DNA of 64,000 nt from Candidatus Anstonella stagnisolia (GTDB taxonomy: Archaea; Micrarchaeota; Micrarchaeia; Anstonellales; Anstonellaceae). Under the pieces are notes generated by a model. It was given only the letters and a program-made list of their open reading frames with translations, was not told the origin of the DNA and searched no databases. The stretch covers positions 88,629 through 152,628 of the forward strand of contig CABMCJ010000002.1 of the NCBI GenBank assembly GCA_902384585.1, in the 5' to 3' direction. A program made the translations under genes and the position numbers. This document shows, in pieces, positions 48,224-57,726 of the stretch (position 1 is the stretch's first letter; every line of letters starts with the position of its first letter).

Positions 48224-48877
48224 TTACGGGCTTGTCGCGCCGGTGTTGGGGTTTATTGTGTTGCTGCCCGTGTCCGGATTAGTTGGGTTCCCGGGGTTGG
48301 CATTGCCTGCGCCCGGGGTTGCTGGATTAGTGGCGGTATTTGTATTGGTGTTGCCGGTTGGGTTTGTTGGCGCGACTGCAGTTGTTTTCTGCGCCTTTGC
48401 GCTAAGCGTTGCGCTTGCAACGCGGCGCGGGAAATCTGCGCCGTCATCAGGGAGCTTGTAGTATACGTAGAGCTTTCCTGAGAAGTCCTCCCCTACGCTC
48501 ATGGGGGCTGTGTTGTCCTTCTTGCACTCTATTCCGTTTATCGCATAGTCGTTGCTTGCTGGCACGAATATGCTGTTGGTGCTTGTGGGCGCGGGCGCTT
48601 CCTTTGAGTTTGAGCAGATTACCTCATACACGTATATGCCGCTTGAGAAGCCGTTTGTTATTTTCCCATAGAGCTTGCCTGCGTGCTCGTTGTCCGCTGT
48701 GAGAAGCGGCTTTCCGCACACAAAAGAAGGAGTGTCAAATGTGCATTGTTCCGGAGCACGGAAGGGGTTTATGAAAAGCAATGCAGCAAGCACAACAACT
48801 ATTACTAGGAGTGCCCAGCCGTATGTCATTAAGTATTCCATTGCAGCTTGCCCTTTTGTAATTCCGAATATTTTCAT
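48224..48877 (-). CDS. Archaeal type IV pilin with class III signal peptide
   Basis: KG|QAAMEYLMTYGWA plus hydrophobic helix; T/N/P-rich tail. Confidence 0.9.
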   Translation of the reverse strand: MKIFGITKGQAAMEYLMTYGWALLVIVVVLAALLFINPFRAPEQCTFDTPSFVCGKPLLTADNEHAGKLYGKITNGFSSGIYVYEVICSNSKEAPAPTSTNSIFVPASNDYAINGIECKKDNTAPMSVGEDFSGKLYVYYKLPDDGADFPRRVASATLSAKAQKTTAVAPTNPTGNTNTNTATNPATPGAGNANPGNPTNPDTGSNTINPNTGATSP

Positions 48878-48888
48878 TAAACCACCTC

Positions 48889-49941
48889 TTACACGCTTAC
48901 GTATGCGTCAAGCAATGCAGATATTAGAAGGAATATTGCGATAGATGCCCCGAGGATGAGGGGGATGTATTTTATGCCCTGCTTCTTGGAGCCGTACTGG
49001 ATTGCGCCTATTATGAGCGATGCGAACACCGCGGTAATTGTTGCGGATGCGAGCGTGAAAAGGTAGAACTCTGAAGAGCTTATGGAGGGGGAAACAGGGT
49101 GGATGAAGCCTGCGCCTGCTGCGCTTGAGATTACAGGCATGGATGCGAACACTCCCTCAAGTATTGAGATGAGCTTTGTGGAAACTGCAAAGAGGAAGGG
49201 AGTGCCGATTGCGGCTGCGAACACTATGAAGATTACGTACATTAGAAGGGACGCGTAAATTTCCTTTGCAAGAATTTGCATTGCGCGCGAGTCCTCTGCT
49301 GTGCGCTCAAGTATTTGAGCCATTTCGCCTCCGGATGCGATTCCCTGCTTTATCAGGGAAATTGAGCGCCGGAGTGCCTTGGAATCAAAGCGCATTGAGA
49401 GCATGTCAAGGGCTTTTGGGAAAGGCGTGCCTGCAAACGCCTGCCTGGAAACGTTCTCAACTTCGCGCGAGAGAAGCCCGAACTCGGGTTTTGCAGCGTG
49501 CCAGAGCGCGGAATCAATTGCCATGCCTGCGCGCACGTTTGAGGATGCGAGCAGCAGGAAATCAGGGAGAACGCTTTCGACCTGTTTTTTGCGCTCCTCC
49601 GCGAGCATTATGAGCACTGTGTAGGAGAGAAGGAACACAAGAAGCGAAGTGAGGCATACGGAAATTATGAACGTGAGGAGTGCTGGCACAAGAAGCGAAG
49701 AGGCAGTGAGCGAGGGGATGAGGAATGCTGAGAGCTTGAGGATTTCGTTGCGAAGGAGCGGGATGCTGGAGAATATTATGAAGAGCAATATTGTGATGAG
49801 CGCATCTATTGTGAGAAGGAACCCAAGGAACGCCTCTGCGCCCATGGACATGCCTGCGGAGCTTATGAGCTCTGCGGTTTTCCTTGTGCGCGTGCGCGAG
49901 AAAAGGCGCCCCAATGTTTCGTAAAATGTGTTGTTGTTCAT
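48889..49941 (-). CDS. Pilus platform protein (T2SS-F/TadC-like)
   Basis: LPDFL..SSNVRAGM, EFG.LS.E, SGG....L; TM helices. Confidence 0.92.
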   Translation of the reverse strand: MNNNTFYETLGRLFSRTRTRKTAELISSAGMSMGAEAFLGFLLTIDALITILLFIIFSSIPLLRNEILKLSAFLIPSLTASSLLVPALLTFIISVCLTSLLVFLLSYTVLIMLAEERKKQVESVLPDFLLLASSNVRAGMAIDSALWHAAKPEFGLLSREVENVSRQAFAGTPFPKALDMLSMRFDSKALRRSISLIKQGIASGGEMAQILERTAEDSRAMQILAKEIYASLLMYVIFIVFAAAIGTPFLFAVSTKLISILEGVFASMPVISSAAGAGFIHPVSPSISSSEFYLFTLASATITAVFASLIIGAIQYGSKKQGIKYIPLILGASIAIFLLISALLDAYVSV

Positions 49942-49949
49942 GCGAGCAC

Positions 49950-50858
49950 CTATAGGATATCGAATTTCGGGCGGGAATTCTCAACTGCACCAAGGAACAG
50001 GAACTGCATTATGGCAAGCAGGGCGAGTATGCCTGCGAGCGCGGTTGCGCTTATGCTCACCTGCCCGCCTCCTATGAAGGAGAGGAGTATGATGAGGAAT
50101 GCAACGCCCAGCGAGGGCATTATCACGCCGAAAATCATGAAGAACATCACAAGCGGGTTGAGCTTTTGCCCGTAAGACTTGAGCGCGATTGTCTGCTCCT
50201 TTGAAATCTGGTCAAGCACCGCGTCAAGGCCCTTTTCTATATCGGAACCGGAAGTGATGGAGCTTGAGAGCTGAAGGACCAGGCGGCGGAAATATGTTGA
50301 AGGGTTTTGGGCAGCGGCTTCTGCGAGCGCAACGTTCACGGACACGCCAAGCGTCACTTTCTCGACTATTTTGTTGAACTCCACGCTCACTTCGCCGTAT
50401 TCGCGGCTTATGCCAAGGAGCGCATTGAAAAGCGGCACGCCAGCCTTTATGCTTATTTGCATGTGCCTGCCTGCGAACACGAGCTCCTGGTCTATAAGGC
50501 GCGCACGCTGCTTTGCGCGCACGCTTGGGAATGCCATCACGTAGAAGAACATCAGGACAAGGTATATTGGCGCGAGTACGAGGGAAAATAGCGCATTCGC
50601 ATTGAGCGTGGAGAGGAGGAAGTAGGTGAGCGCGGAGAGGAAAATGCAAAGCGCGAGTGCGAGAACGCTTGCGGATGCGATATACTCCACGGGCTGCTCG
50701 TTCATGCCCGCCTGCACGAGCTTGTTTTTCAGGTCGGGAAAGCGCAATGCGAGGGCTGAAAAGAAATTCTTGAAGGGAACAGGGGATTTTGCAGCGGCAG
50801 CCTCGCGCATGGGAACTGCCACGAAGGGGTGCGGGGCGATTGGCTGCTCTTTTTTCAT
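49950..50858 (-). CDS. Pilus platform protein (T2SS-F/TadB-like)
   Basis: L..AG, GVPLFNAL, YGEVS.EF, TM helices. Confidence 0.9.
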   Translation of the reverse strand: MKKEQPIAPHPFVAVPMREAAAAKSPVPFKNFFSALALRFPDLKNKLVQAGMNEQPVEYIASASVLALALCIFLSALTYFLLSTLNANALFSLVLAPIYLVLMFFYVMAFPSVRAKQRARLIDQELVFAGRHMQISIKAGVPLFNALLGISREYGEVSVEFNKIVEKVTLGVSVNVALAEAAAQNPSTYFRRLVLQLSSSITSGSDIEKGLDAVLDQISKEQTIALKSYGQKLNPLVMFFMIFGVIMPSLGVAFLIILLSFIGGGQVSISATALAGILALLAIMQFLFLGAVENSRPKFDIL

Positions 50859-50916
50859 AGCCTCAACTCAGTCTATATGGGGCGCTTGTTTTTTAAATTT
50901 CCCGTAGGGTGCCGCA

Positions 50917-53900
50917 TTATTTTTTGAATTTCTTGCTGCCTGAGCCCTGAAGCCGCTCGAACGCGCTTTCTGCGGATGCAAGCCCGCCCTCCTGCGAAGA
51001 AGCCTGTGGGGTTGAAGGGGTTGGGGCGCCTCCCATGCGCTCGCGCACCTTTGCGGTGAAATCCGCATTGCTCATGCCGCCCATCTTGTAAATTTCGTAA
51101 AGCCACTTGAGGTTCTCCTTCGCATATGCGATTACTTCGGGGTCTTCAAGCTGCGCATCTTGTGAAGAGGGAGTGGGGGAGAGCTGCTGCAAAGTTTTTG
51201 GAATCGGGGCTTGCCCGCCGGCTTGCTGCGCTTTTTTGGGGGGAGGCAGCGGGATTTCCTCTTCCTGCGTTTCCTCCTGCATTTTCTTTTTTGGAAGCGG
51301 GGGCGCGAATTCTTCGTTTCCAGGGCCTTCCTGCGTTTCTTGGGGCATTTCTTCCTGCTGGATTTCTTCCCCGGATGGCTGCAGTTTCTTTTTTGGTTTT
51401 GGGGGAAGCGGGAGCATGTTTTGGGGCGCTTCCTGCGCATGCTCTTGCTGCAGGTTTTCCGAAAGTTCCTGCCCCTCTTCTTGGGCTGGCGCAACCTGCT
51501 TTCTTATGGGCTGCCTTTGGGGCAGGGCGGGTTTTCTTGCGGGCGCGGCTTGCGGGTATGCACTCGGCTGCGCTTGAGGATATTGGGGAGGATAAGGCTG
51601 CTGCGCGGGAGGGCGGTATTGCTGGGGGTAAGGCTGCTGTGCGGGATAGGCAGGCTGCTGCAAAGGCGGGCGGGGCGGGTTGGGATACGGGGCTTGCGAA
51701 GGAGGCTGCCTGTATTGCTGCGGATAAGCTTGGGGGGGATATGCGGGTTGTAGTTGCCTGGGATAGGGAGGCTGGCGCATTGGGGCAGGATAGGGCGGTT
51801 GCTGGGATGAAACGGGCTGCTGGGGAGGGGAGATTGGGCGCATTTGCTGGGGGTAAGCGGGCTGGCGGGCTTGGGAAGGCTGGCGCATCTGGTATGGGGA
51901 AAGCGGCTGGGTTTGGGATTGGTATTGCTGGGGCGGGACTTGCGGGCGCACTTGCTGCGGGTATTGCACTGGTTGGGGCGCGCGGCTCTGGGCTCTTGGG
52001 GTTGGCTGCTGGGCAGGGGGCGCGGCAATTGCCTGTTGGGCTGGGGGCTGCGGGCGCATTTTTGGAGCTGGTTTTGCAAATGCAACCGTAACTTCCTGCT
52101 GCGCTTGTGCGCGCGGCATTCTTTGCTGCGGATAAGTGGAAAGAGGGGGGGCGGTTGCCTGCGCCTGCGTTGTGTGCGCATGCTGCAAAGGAATTTGCGC
52201 TTGCGTCCCTAAGGGCTGCGTTGGGTAAGCGGGAGAAGTTACTGGGCGCGGCTGGGCTTGGGGCTGCGGCTGCACTGCTGCCTTTGTGCGCGAAGAGGGT
52301 TTTTTCATTGGGGCGGCTGGAGCTTGCGTTTGTTGCGGCATTTCCTGCTGGGATTTTGCTTTCCCTTTTTTCTTTTGGAGTGCGGGCGGTTGGGGCGCAA
52401 TGCCGGTTTTTTTCTTTTGGGAAGTGGGTGCTGCGGGCGTGGGGGAGGGCTTTTCATTTTGGGCAGGGAACCCGGAAAGCGATTGGGGAAATTCTTCTGC
52501 CCCCTGAAGCGGCATTTGTTTTGCCTGCTTTTTCCCTCCTTTTTTTCTTGCAGGCATTGGCGCAGTGGCTTCAATTTGCGGCTGCGGGGCAGCCGCTTTT
52601 TCTTTTCCTTTCTTTTTGGATTTTAGAGGCGCTTGCGGCTGCGGTGCGGGCTCTTCCTGCAATTCGTATGCGGGCGTTATTATGGGCTCGGCGGGATTTT
52701 TTCCGGCGGGCTTTTTGGAAGGGATTGGGGTTTCCTGCTGCGCTTTTGCTCTGGGCATGAGCTTTTGGGGCGCGATTGCTTTTTGGGGCTGTTTGGGGGC
52801 AAACAGGACTGGCTTTAGCTTGCCCTTTGCAGCGGGCTTTTCCTGCGAAAGAACTGCCTTCTTCTCTTTTCCTTTTGGAATTGCAGGCTGCTCCTGCTCT
52901 TCTTTGGTTTGTTCTTCTTTTATTTGGGAAACGTGCCTTGCTTTTGCGGGCTTTGCCTTTGCGCTTGGGGGGGTAGGGAGGAATGCGTGGGGCTCTTGTT
53001 CGCTTTCTTGGGAAGCCGCGGGCTGCTCTTGCATTTCCTTTTCCGCCGGGGCTTCCTGCTCTTCCTGCGCCTCCTTGCGCTTGCTTGCGAATTTCCTTAG
53101 TATTTCCTCAAGCTCCTGCTGCTCGCTTGAAGGCGGCTCCTGCGCTGGTGCGCGTTTTTCCTCGTCGGCTGAACTTTCCCGCTGCTCTTTTTCCTCTTGG
53201 GAAAAAAGCCCGCGCTCAGGCTGGATTTCACGTTCGGGCCCTTTTTCTTCTTCAATAGTATTTTCCTGCGGCTGCATTTCCTCGCGCGCTTCTTTTCCAA
53301 ATGAAGGCTTTGCTTTTGGGATTTTTGGGACTGAAGTTCCGGTAGGTGCGATTGGCTTTATTATGAGTTTCTCTTCCTCCTCTTGGGAGTCGCGCTCTTT
53401 GTTCCCCTCTTCTTCGTGCGCTGCCTCTTCGCCTTCTTCGGGCGGTTCAGGCGGCGGGGCGCGCACAGGCGGGATGGGAGGTGCCGCCCTTGCGGTGCGC
53501 GATTGCTGCGAAAGGGAAGGGATTGGAGGGGGGGAAGGGGAAACTGAATACATGGGCTTTATGGGGATTGCCTTTCCGCCCACCATCATTGTGCTTGATG
53601 GGGACTGGGCTGGAGAAGCTTTTGAAACAGGGATTGATGGCGGGGCGGTTTGCATTCTTGCAGATGCTGGCGCGTATGCGGGCTGCGGTATTTTTGCAGA
53701 CACTGGAATGGGTGGGACTGTGCTGGATTTGGAACCTGGTTGCATTGCAGTGGATACCGATGGTGGCGTGATTTGAGTTTTTGCATAGGAGACTGGCGGT
53801 TGCGGGACGTATGCGCTCTCGGCTGGGTATGCGGGGGATGAGATTATTGGGGCTGAGGGGGCGGATTGCACTGCCACCTTTCCTGCGGAAGAGGGAAGCC

Positions 53901-54321
53901 TGGATTTTTTCACGTGCGCTGCGCGCTCAAGGGATTCAAAGGGGGTGCCCGCCGGGGATTCCTTTTTCCCAAACACCATCCCAAAAGAGGTTTTGAGCAT
54001 TGAGATTGGGGAATCCGAAGTTGCGGATGCGCCCTCGGGCGCGGCTGTTGCGAAAGTGGGGGCTGCGGAGATTGGCATTTTAAGCTCTGGGCGGGAAATG
54101 GACTGCTGGTAGTATGCTGCCAAAAGCTTGCGCTCCATGTTTTGCGCGCGCGAAAGAAGTTCAGGGAACTCCACGTGCTCAAACACTTGGGACGCTTCTG
54201 CCTGCGAAAGAAGCGAAAGCTCTGACTCGTCGCGCTTTATTGTAAGGAGATCTTTCTCCAGATTTTTTGCCCGCTTTGAAAGGGATTCAAAGGAAGGCAG
54301 CGAATCGGGTGTGCCTGCCAT
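50917..54321 (-). CDS. Large Pro/Gln/Glu/Lys-rich, mostly disordered protein with small ordered termini
   Basis: ~1134 uninterrupted codons starting 1 nt after the ATPase stop; helical N-terminus and C-terminal YAKENLKWLYEIYKMGG domain. Confidence 0.8.
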   Translation of the reverse strand: MAGTPDSLPSFESLSKRAKNLEKDLLTIKRDESELSLLSQAEASQVFEHVEFPELLSRAQNMERKLLAAYYQQSISRPELKMPISAAPTFATAAPEGASATSDSPISMLKTSFGMVFGKKESPAGTPFESLERAAHVKKSRLPSSAGKVAVQSAPSAPIISSPAYPAESAYVPQPPVSYAKTQITPPSVSTAMQPGSKSSTVPPIPVSAKIPQPAYAPASARMQTAPPSIPVSKASPAQSPSSTMMVGGKAIPIKPMYSVSPSPPPIPSLSQQSRTARAAPPIPPVRAPPPEPPEEGEEAAHEEEGNKERDSQEEEEKLIIKPIAPTGTSVPKIPKAKPSFGKEAREEMQPQENTIEEEKGPEREIQPERGLFSQEEKEQRESSADEEKRAPAQEPPSSEQQELEEILRKFASKRKEAQEEQEAPAEKEMQEQPAASQESEQEPHAFLPTPPSAKAKPAKARHVSQIKEEQTKEEQEQPAIPKGKEKKAVLSQEKPAAKGKLKPVLFAPKQPQKAIAPQKLMPRAKAQQETPIPSKKPAGKNPAEPIITPAYELQEEPAPQPQAPLKSKKKGKEKAAAPQPQIEATAPMPARKKGGKKQAKQMPLQGAEEFPQSLSGFPAQNEKPSPTPAAPTSQKKKTGIAPQPPALQKKKGKAKSQQEMPQQTQAPAAPMKKPSSRTKAAVQPQPQAQPRPVTSPAYPTQPLGTQAQIPLQHAHTTQAQATAPPLSTYPQQRMPRAQAQQEVTVAFAKPAPKMRPQPPAQQAIAAPPAQQPTPRAQSRAPQPVQYPQQVRPQVPPQQYQSQTQPLSPYQMRQPSQARQPAYPQQMRPISPPQQPVSSQQPPYPAPMRQPPYPRQLQPAYPPQAYPQQYRQPPSQAPYPNPPRPPLQQPAYPAQQPYPQQYRPPAQQPYPPQYPQAQPSAYPQAAPARKPALPQRQPIRKQVAPAQEEGQELSENLQQEHAQEAPQNMLPLPPKPKKKLQPSGEEIQQEEMPQETQEGPGNEEFAPPLPKKKMQEETQEEEIPLPPPKKAQQAGGQAPIPKTLQQLSPTPSSQDAQLEDPEVIAYAKENLKWLYEIYKMGGMSNADFTAKVRERMGGAPTPSTPQASSQEGGLASAESAFERLQGSGSKKFKK

Positions 54322-54322
54322 G

Positions 54323-55876
54323 TCAAGCCTCAAGGTTTATGGAAGCGTTCTTTGATGCAAGCTCCACAATCTCTTCAGGGTCCATGTAATAGCGGGAGGT
54401 TATAAGGCCGAACGTGTTCACGTCCTTGTAGCCTTTTTTCACCATCCAGCTGAGCACCTTTGCCTTTTGCGTTATGTCCGCCTCTATTTCCTTGTTTGTA
54501 AGGCCGGCGTAGAGGGAAAGCGTGTTTGCGAGCGTTACCATTTTCCCTGCTTCAAGGATGCGGTCGGACTTCACGTCCCATCTATAGAGGGTGTTCACGT
54601 CCCCGCCTTTTTGCACCTCTGCGAACTCAAGCGTGCGGCGTATGTTAAGGCGGCGGTGGCGGAACTGCACAACTATGCCCGCAAGGGAATCAAGCATTTC
54701 TTTTGGGATATTTATGGGCGGGGTCGTAAGGCGGGAGACTGTTTCGTGCGCATTGTCCGCATGCAACGTTGCGTATACTGAATGCCCGGTGTGCATTGCT
54801 TCGAAGAGGATTTCAGCCTCGCGCTGCTTTCTTACCTCTCCTACTATTATGCGGTCAGGGCGCTGGCGCAGGGAATTCACAAGAAGGTCGAGCATGCTCA
54901 CTTCGCCTTTTCCCTCTGCGTTGCTCTCGCGCGTCACCATTGGGACCCATTGGAGGAAAGTCGGGAGCGTAAGCTCGCGCGTGTCCTCTATGGAAATTAT
55001 GCGCTGGTTTGCGGGGATAAGGCAGGAGATTGCGTTAAGGAAAGAAGTTTTTCCGCTTCCTGTGCCCCCCGATACTAGAAGGGAAAGCTCGTTTTGTATG
55101 CAAAGCCAGATGAGGCCTGCGACCTGGGGCGAAATGCAGTTGAGCTCGATGAGGTATGGGAGTGTCCAGGGGTTCTTTGAGAATTTGCGTATTGTGAGGG
55201 TATTGCCGGAAGAGGAGACTGGGTAGAGCGTTGCGTTAACACGGTCCCCGCTTGTGAGGTGCGCATCCATGAAGGGGTTGAGCATGTTTATTTGCTTGCC
55301 AATTCTCCTGCCAATCATTGCGGCGTAATCGTAAGTGGACTCCTCGGAATCTACGTTTATGTTTGTCTTGCACCAGCTGTATTTCTTGTGGTATATCCAT
55401 ACTGGCTCTGAGGAGTTGTTTATCACTATTTCCTCAAGCATTTCGTCGTGGAGAGGGATTTCAAGCATGCCTAGCCCAAGTGAATTCTGTATCAGGTAAG
55501 ATGCGAGCACGCGCTTGTCCGCCTCGGAAAGCGAAGGGAAATTCTTTGCGAGCAGCTGGAGCGCCTTTGCCTCGAATTTTGCGCGCACTTCCTGCTGCTT
55601 TCTCTGGTCCATTATGTCGGTAATGTCGAGCTTTACGGTTGTGATGAGCTCTGTCTTTAGGTTGTTGAGGACTAAACGGGTGCCTTCGGAGAGGCCGCGC
55701 ACTGTGACTTCGTAGGTGGGCACAAAGTCCCCCTTGTAATATACTATGCGCACGTTCACTTTTATGCCGTCGTTGTCAAAAGAATAGGAATCGATTTCCT
55801 TCCCGCTAGCGCGCGGCTTTACCAGTTGCGCAAAGTCCTTTTCCTGCTGCATTCTTGCGTCTGTTTGTTCTGCCAT
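54323..55876 (-). CDS. Pilus assembly ATPase (CpaF/VirB11/FlaI family)
   Basis: G.RVNAT, TIRKF, GGTGSGKT, IEDTREL, LRQRPDRIIVGEVR, TGH...T.HA. Confidence 0.96.
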   Translation of the reverse strand: MAEQTDARMQQEKDFAQLVKPRASGKEIDSYSFDNDGIKVNVRIVYYKGDFVPTYEVTVRGLSEGTRLVLNNLKTELITTVKLDITDIMDQRKQQEVRAKFEAKALQLLAKNFPSLSEADKRVLASYLIQNSLGLGMLEIPLHDEMLEEIVINNSSEPVWIYHKKYSWCKTNINVDSEESTYDYAAMIGRRIGKQINMLNPFMDAHLTSGDRVNATLYPVSSSGNTLTIRKFSKNPWTLPYLIELNCISPQVAGLIWLCIQNELSLLVSGGTGSGKTSFLNAISCLIPANQRIISIEDTRELTLPTFLQWVPMVTRESNAEGKGEVSMLDLLVNSLRQRPDRIIVGEVRKQREAEILFEAMHTGHSVYATLHADNAHETVSRLTTPPINIPKEMLDSLAGIVVQFRHRRLNIRRTLEFAEVQKGGDVNTLYRWDVKSDRILEAGKMVTLANTLSLYAGLTNKEIEADITQKAKVLSWMVKKGYKDVNTFGLITSRYYMDPEEIVELASKNASINLEA

Positions 55877-55977
55877 AAATAGCACCACCCGCAATTTTGT
55901 TTCCGTCGTTGCTGCCCGCGTTTCCTTCTCGCAGTTTATTTAAATGGCTTTCGCTACAAAGAGAATGGGGTGGTAGT

Positions 55978-56571
55978 GTGGATTTTGCACAGCTTCTTAT
56001 GAAAATAAAGGACAATGCGTTTCTTATTCCGCAGGAGAGGTTTGATGCGCTCACAAAAGACACGGGGTACGTGGACTCATTCGTGTATCTCCTTGCGTGC
56101 ACGGTTTTCTCATGCATTGTGTATTTTGCGCTTTGGGCGCTCGCGCCTGGGATTATGTCCGGGGGGGCGCCTGGTGCAGCCGTGAGTTCGGTTGCGCCTG
56201 CGTCCGCATTTGAGCTTACGATTCAAAGGCTCCTGCTTGCGCTTCCGATGGCGTACATTTCATTCGGCTTTTTGCACCTTGTGCTCAAGCTCCTTGGGGC
56301 AAAGGGGGGATTCCAGAAAAGCGTGCAGATTTTCGTGTACGGAAACACCGGGAGCACGCTCTTTAGTGCAATACCGTTTGTGAACGTGCTCTTCATGGCG
56401 GTGTGCCTTGTGAACGTGGTAAAGGGTTCGATGCAAGTGCACAAGCTTGAGCTTTGGAAAGCGGTTGTTGCGCTGGTGGTGGTGCCAGTGATAGTTGTGT
56501 TTGCAATCGCAATGCTTGTTGCCGGGGCGCTCATGAACACGGGTGCGCTTGCGGCTGCAGTTGCAAAATAG
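55978..56571 (+). CDS. Yip1-domain membrane protein
   Basis: P...F, LH..LKLLG.KG.F...Y, H.L..WKA; about 5 TM. Confidence 0.8.
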   Translation: MDFAQLLMKIKDNAFLIPQERFDALTKDTGYVDSFVYLLACTVFSCIVYFALWALAPGIMSGGAPGAAVSSVAPASAFELTIQRLLLALPMAYISFGFLHLVLKLLGAKGGFQKSVQIFVYGNTGSTLFSAIPFVNVLFMAVCLVNVVKGSMQVHKLELWKAVVALVVVPVIVVFAIAMLVAGALMNTGALAAAVAK

Positions 56572-56588
56572 AAGGAGTTTGCTGACGC

Positions 56589-57680
56589 TTATTGCACGGC
56601 TTCCCTTGCTAGCTGGATTAGTTTCCTTGCGTCAGATATTGTTTGCGGCGGCAGTAGCTTGGCCTTAGGCAGAAGGCTTTCAAGTTCTTGCGCGTAGTGG
56701 AGTACGTTTTGCTTTGCATCGCCGGCTCCAAAAAGGCCGAAGGTCAAATCGCTGCGCGCAAGTCGTTTTATTTCATTTCCAATTTGGGTGGAATAGAATA
56801 TGAGCAACGGTTCCGCCTGGGGGGCATCTGCGTGGATAACGCTGAAAGTGCCCAGTATGGACGAATAGTGGTCTTCGAATCTTTGGACTGACGCTGGGTC
56901 GTGAAGCGGGAAAACGTAATTTGCAACTGGCGCGCCTTGCGATTCGATGAGCCCTACCGCCTCTATAAAATATTCCCTGCCATGTGCGTCTCTTGCTGAG
57001 ACTAGAGTGTGGTTCTCCTTGATGCTGCTATCATTCGGGATTAGATAAAGCAATTTGAAATTTATGCCAGTGCCTTGTGCAAATTGTATGAACAGCACGG
57101 ATGCCAAATCGCAGTCTATTTTTCCGGAATTTAAGCCTCTTATAAAATCACTGCCGCGGCGATATTCTGGTATGTTGCCTTCGCACGCAGCCACAAATGC
57201 GCGGGAGAGGATTTCCAGGCTTGCGCGGTTCACCTGCCTGATGCCCCTTCCTTTTGTGAGGCGGGAGAGCTCGCTTGAGAAATCATTTGACATAAGCGAG
57301 AGTTTTGTGAATGCGCACAATGCGTCAAGTTGTATTTCTCTCTCAGAAGTGCCATTGAGCTTTTTTGTTGCAAGCTGCGCAAGCACTGTCTGCCCGTACG
57401 GGCCATTTGCCATCTCTTCTATGTTGCTTATGCCTGCGAGCGTGGAATAAAGTTCGGGCAGTTTGTATTCGTTGAGGATGTCGAAGAGCGAAATTCTCTC
57501 TTGCGCAAAAGAGTAATTGGAGTTGCTGTGGAATGCGGATGGGGAAAATATAAGGAATGTCCCTACGGCGGCGCCAGTTAGGAGGCGCTTGAAAATTGTG
57601 TGGGGTGCCCTGGGACAATTGGAATTGGAAACGCCATTGGCTTGATTGGCTGCGCCTATATTCTTGCGGCTAAGGTACAT
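56589..57680 (-). CDS. Putative exported protein with transglutaminase-like core
   Basis: Leader plus hydrophobic segment; G..DCD, NHT.V, FIE motif spacing. Confidence 0.55.
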   Translation of the reverse strand: MYLSRKNIGAANQANGVSNSNCPRAPHTIFKRLLTGAAVGTFLIFSPSAFHSNSNYSFAQERISLFDILNEYKLPELYSTLAGISNIEEMANGPYGQTVLAQLATKKLNGTSEREIQLDALCAFTKLSLMSNDFSSELSRLTKGRGIRQVNRASLEILSRAFVAACEGNIPEYRRGSDFIRGLNSGKIDCDLASVLFIQFAQGTGINFKLLYLIPNDSSIKENHTLVSARDAHGREYFIEAVGLIESQGAPVANYVFPLHDPASVQRFEDHYSSILGTFSVIHADAPQAEPLLIFYSTQIGNEIKRLARSDLTFGLFGAGDAKQNVLHYAQELESLLPKAKLLPPQTISDARKLIQLAREAVQ

Positions 57681-57726
57681 GCATTAATTAGGCATTAAAG
57701 TGTATTTAAATGTATCGGTGTGTAAA

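Noticed and set aside
51107-53996. Long plus-strand ORFs (321 aa, 403 aa and others)
   Set aside because: Antisense shadows of the low-complexity protein, with no SD or motifs
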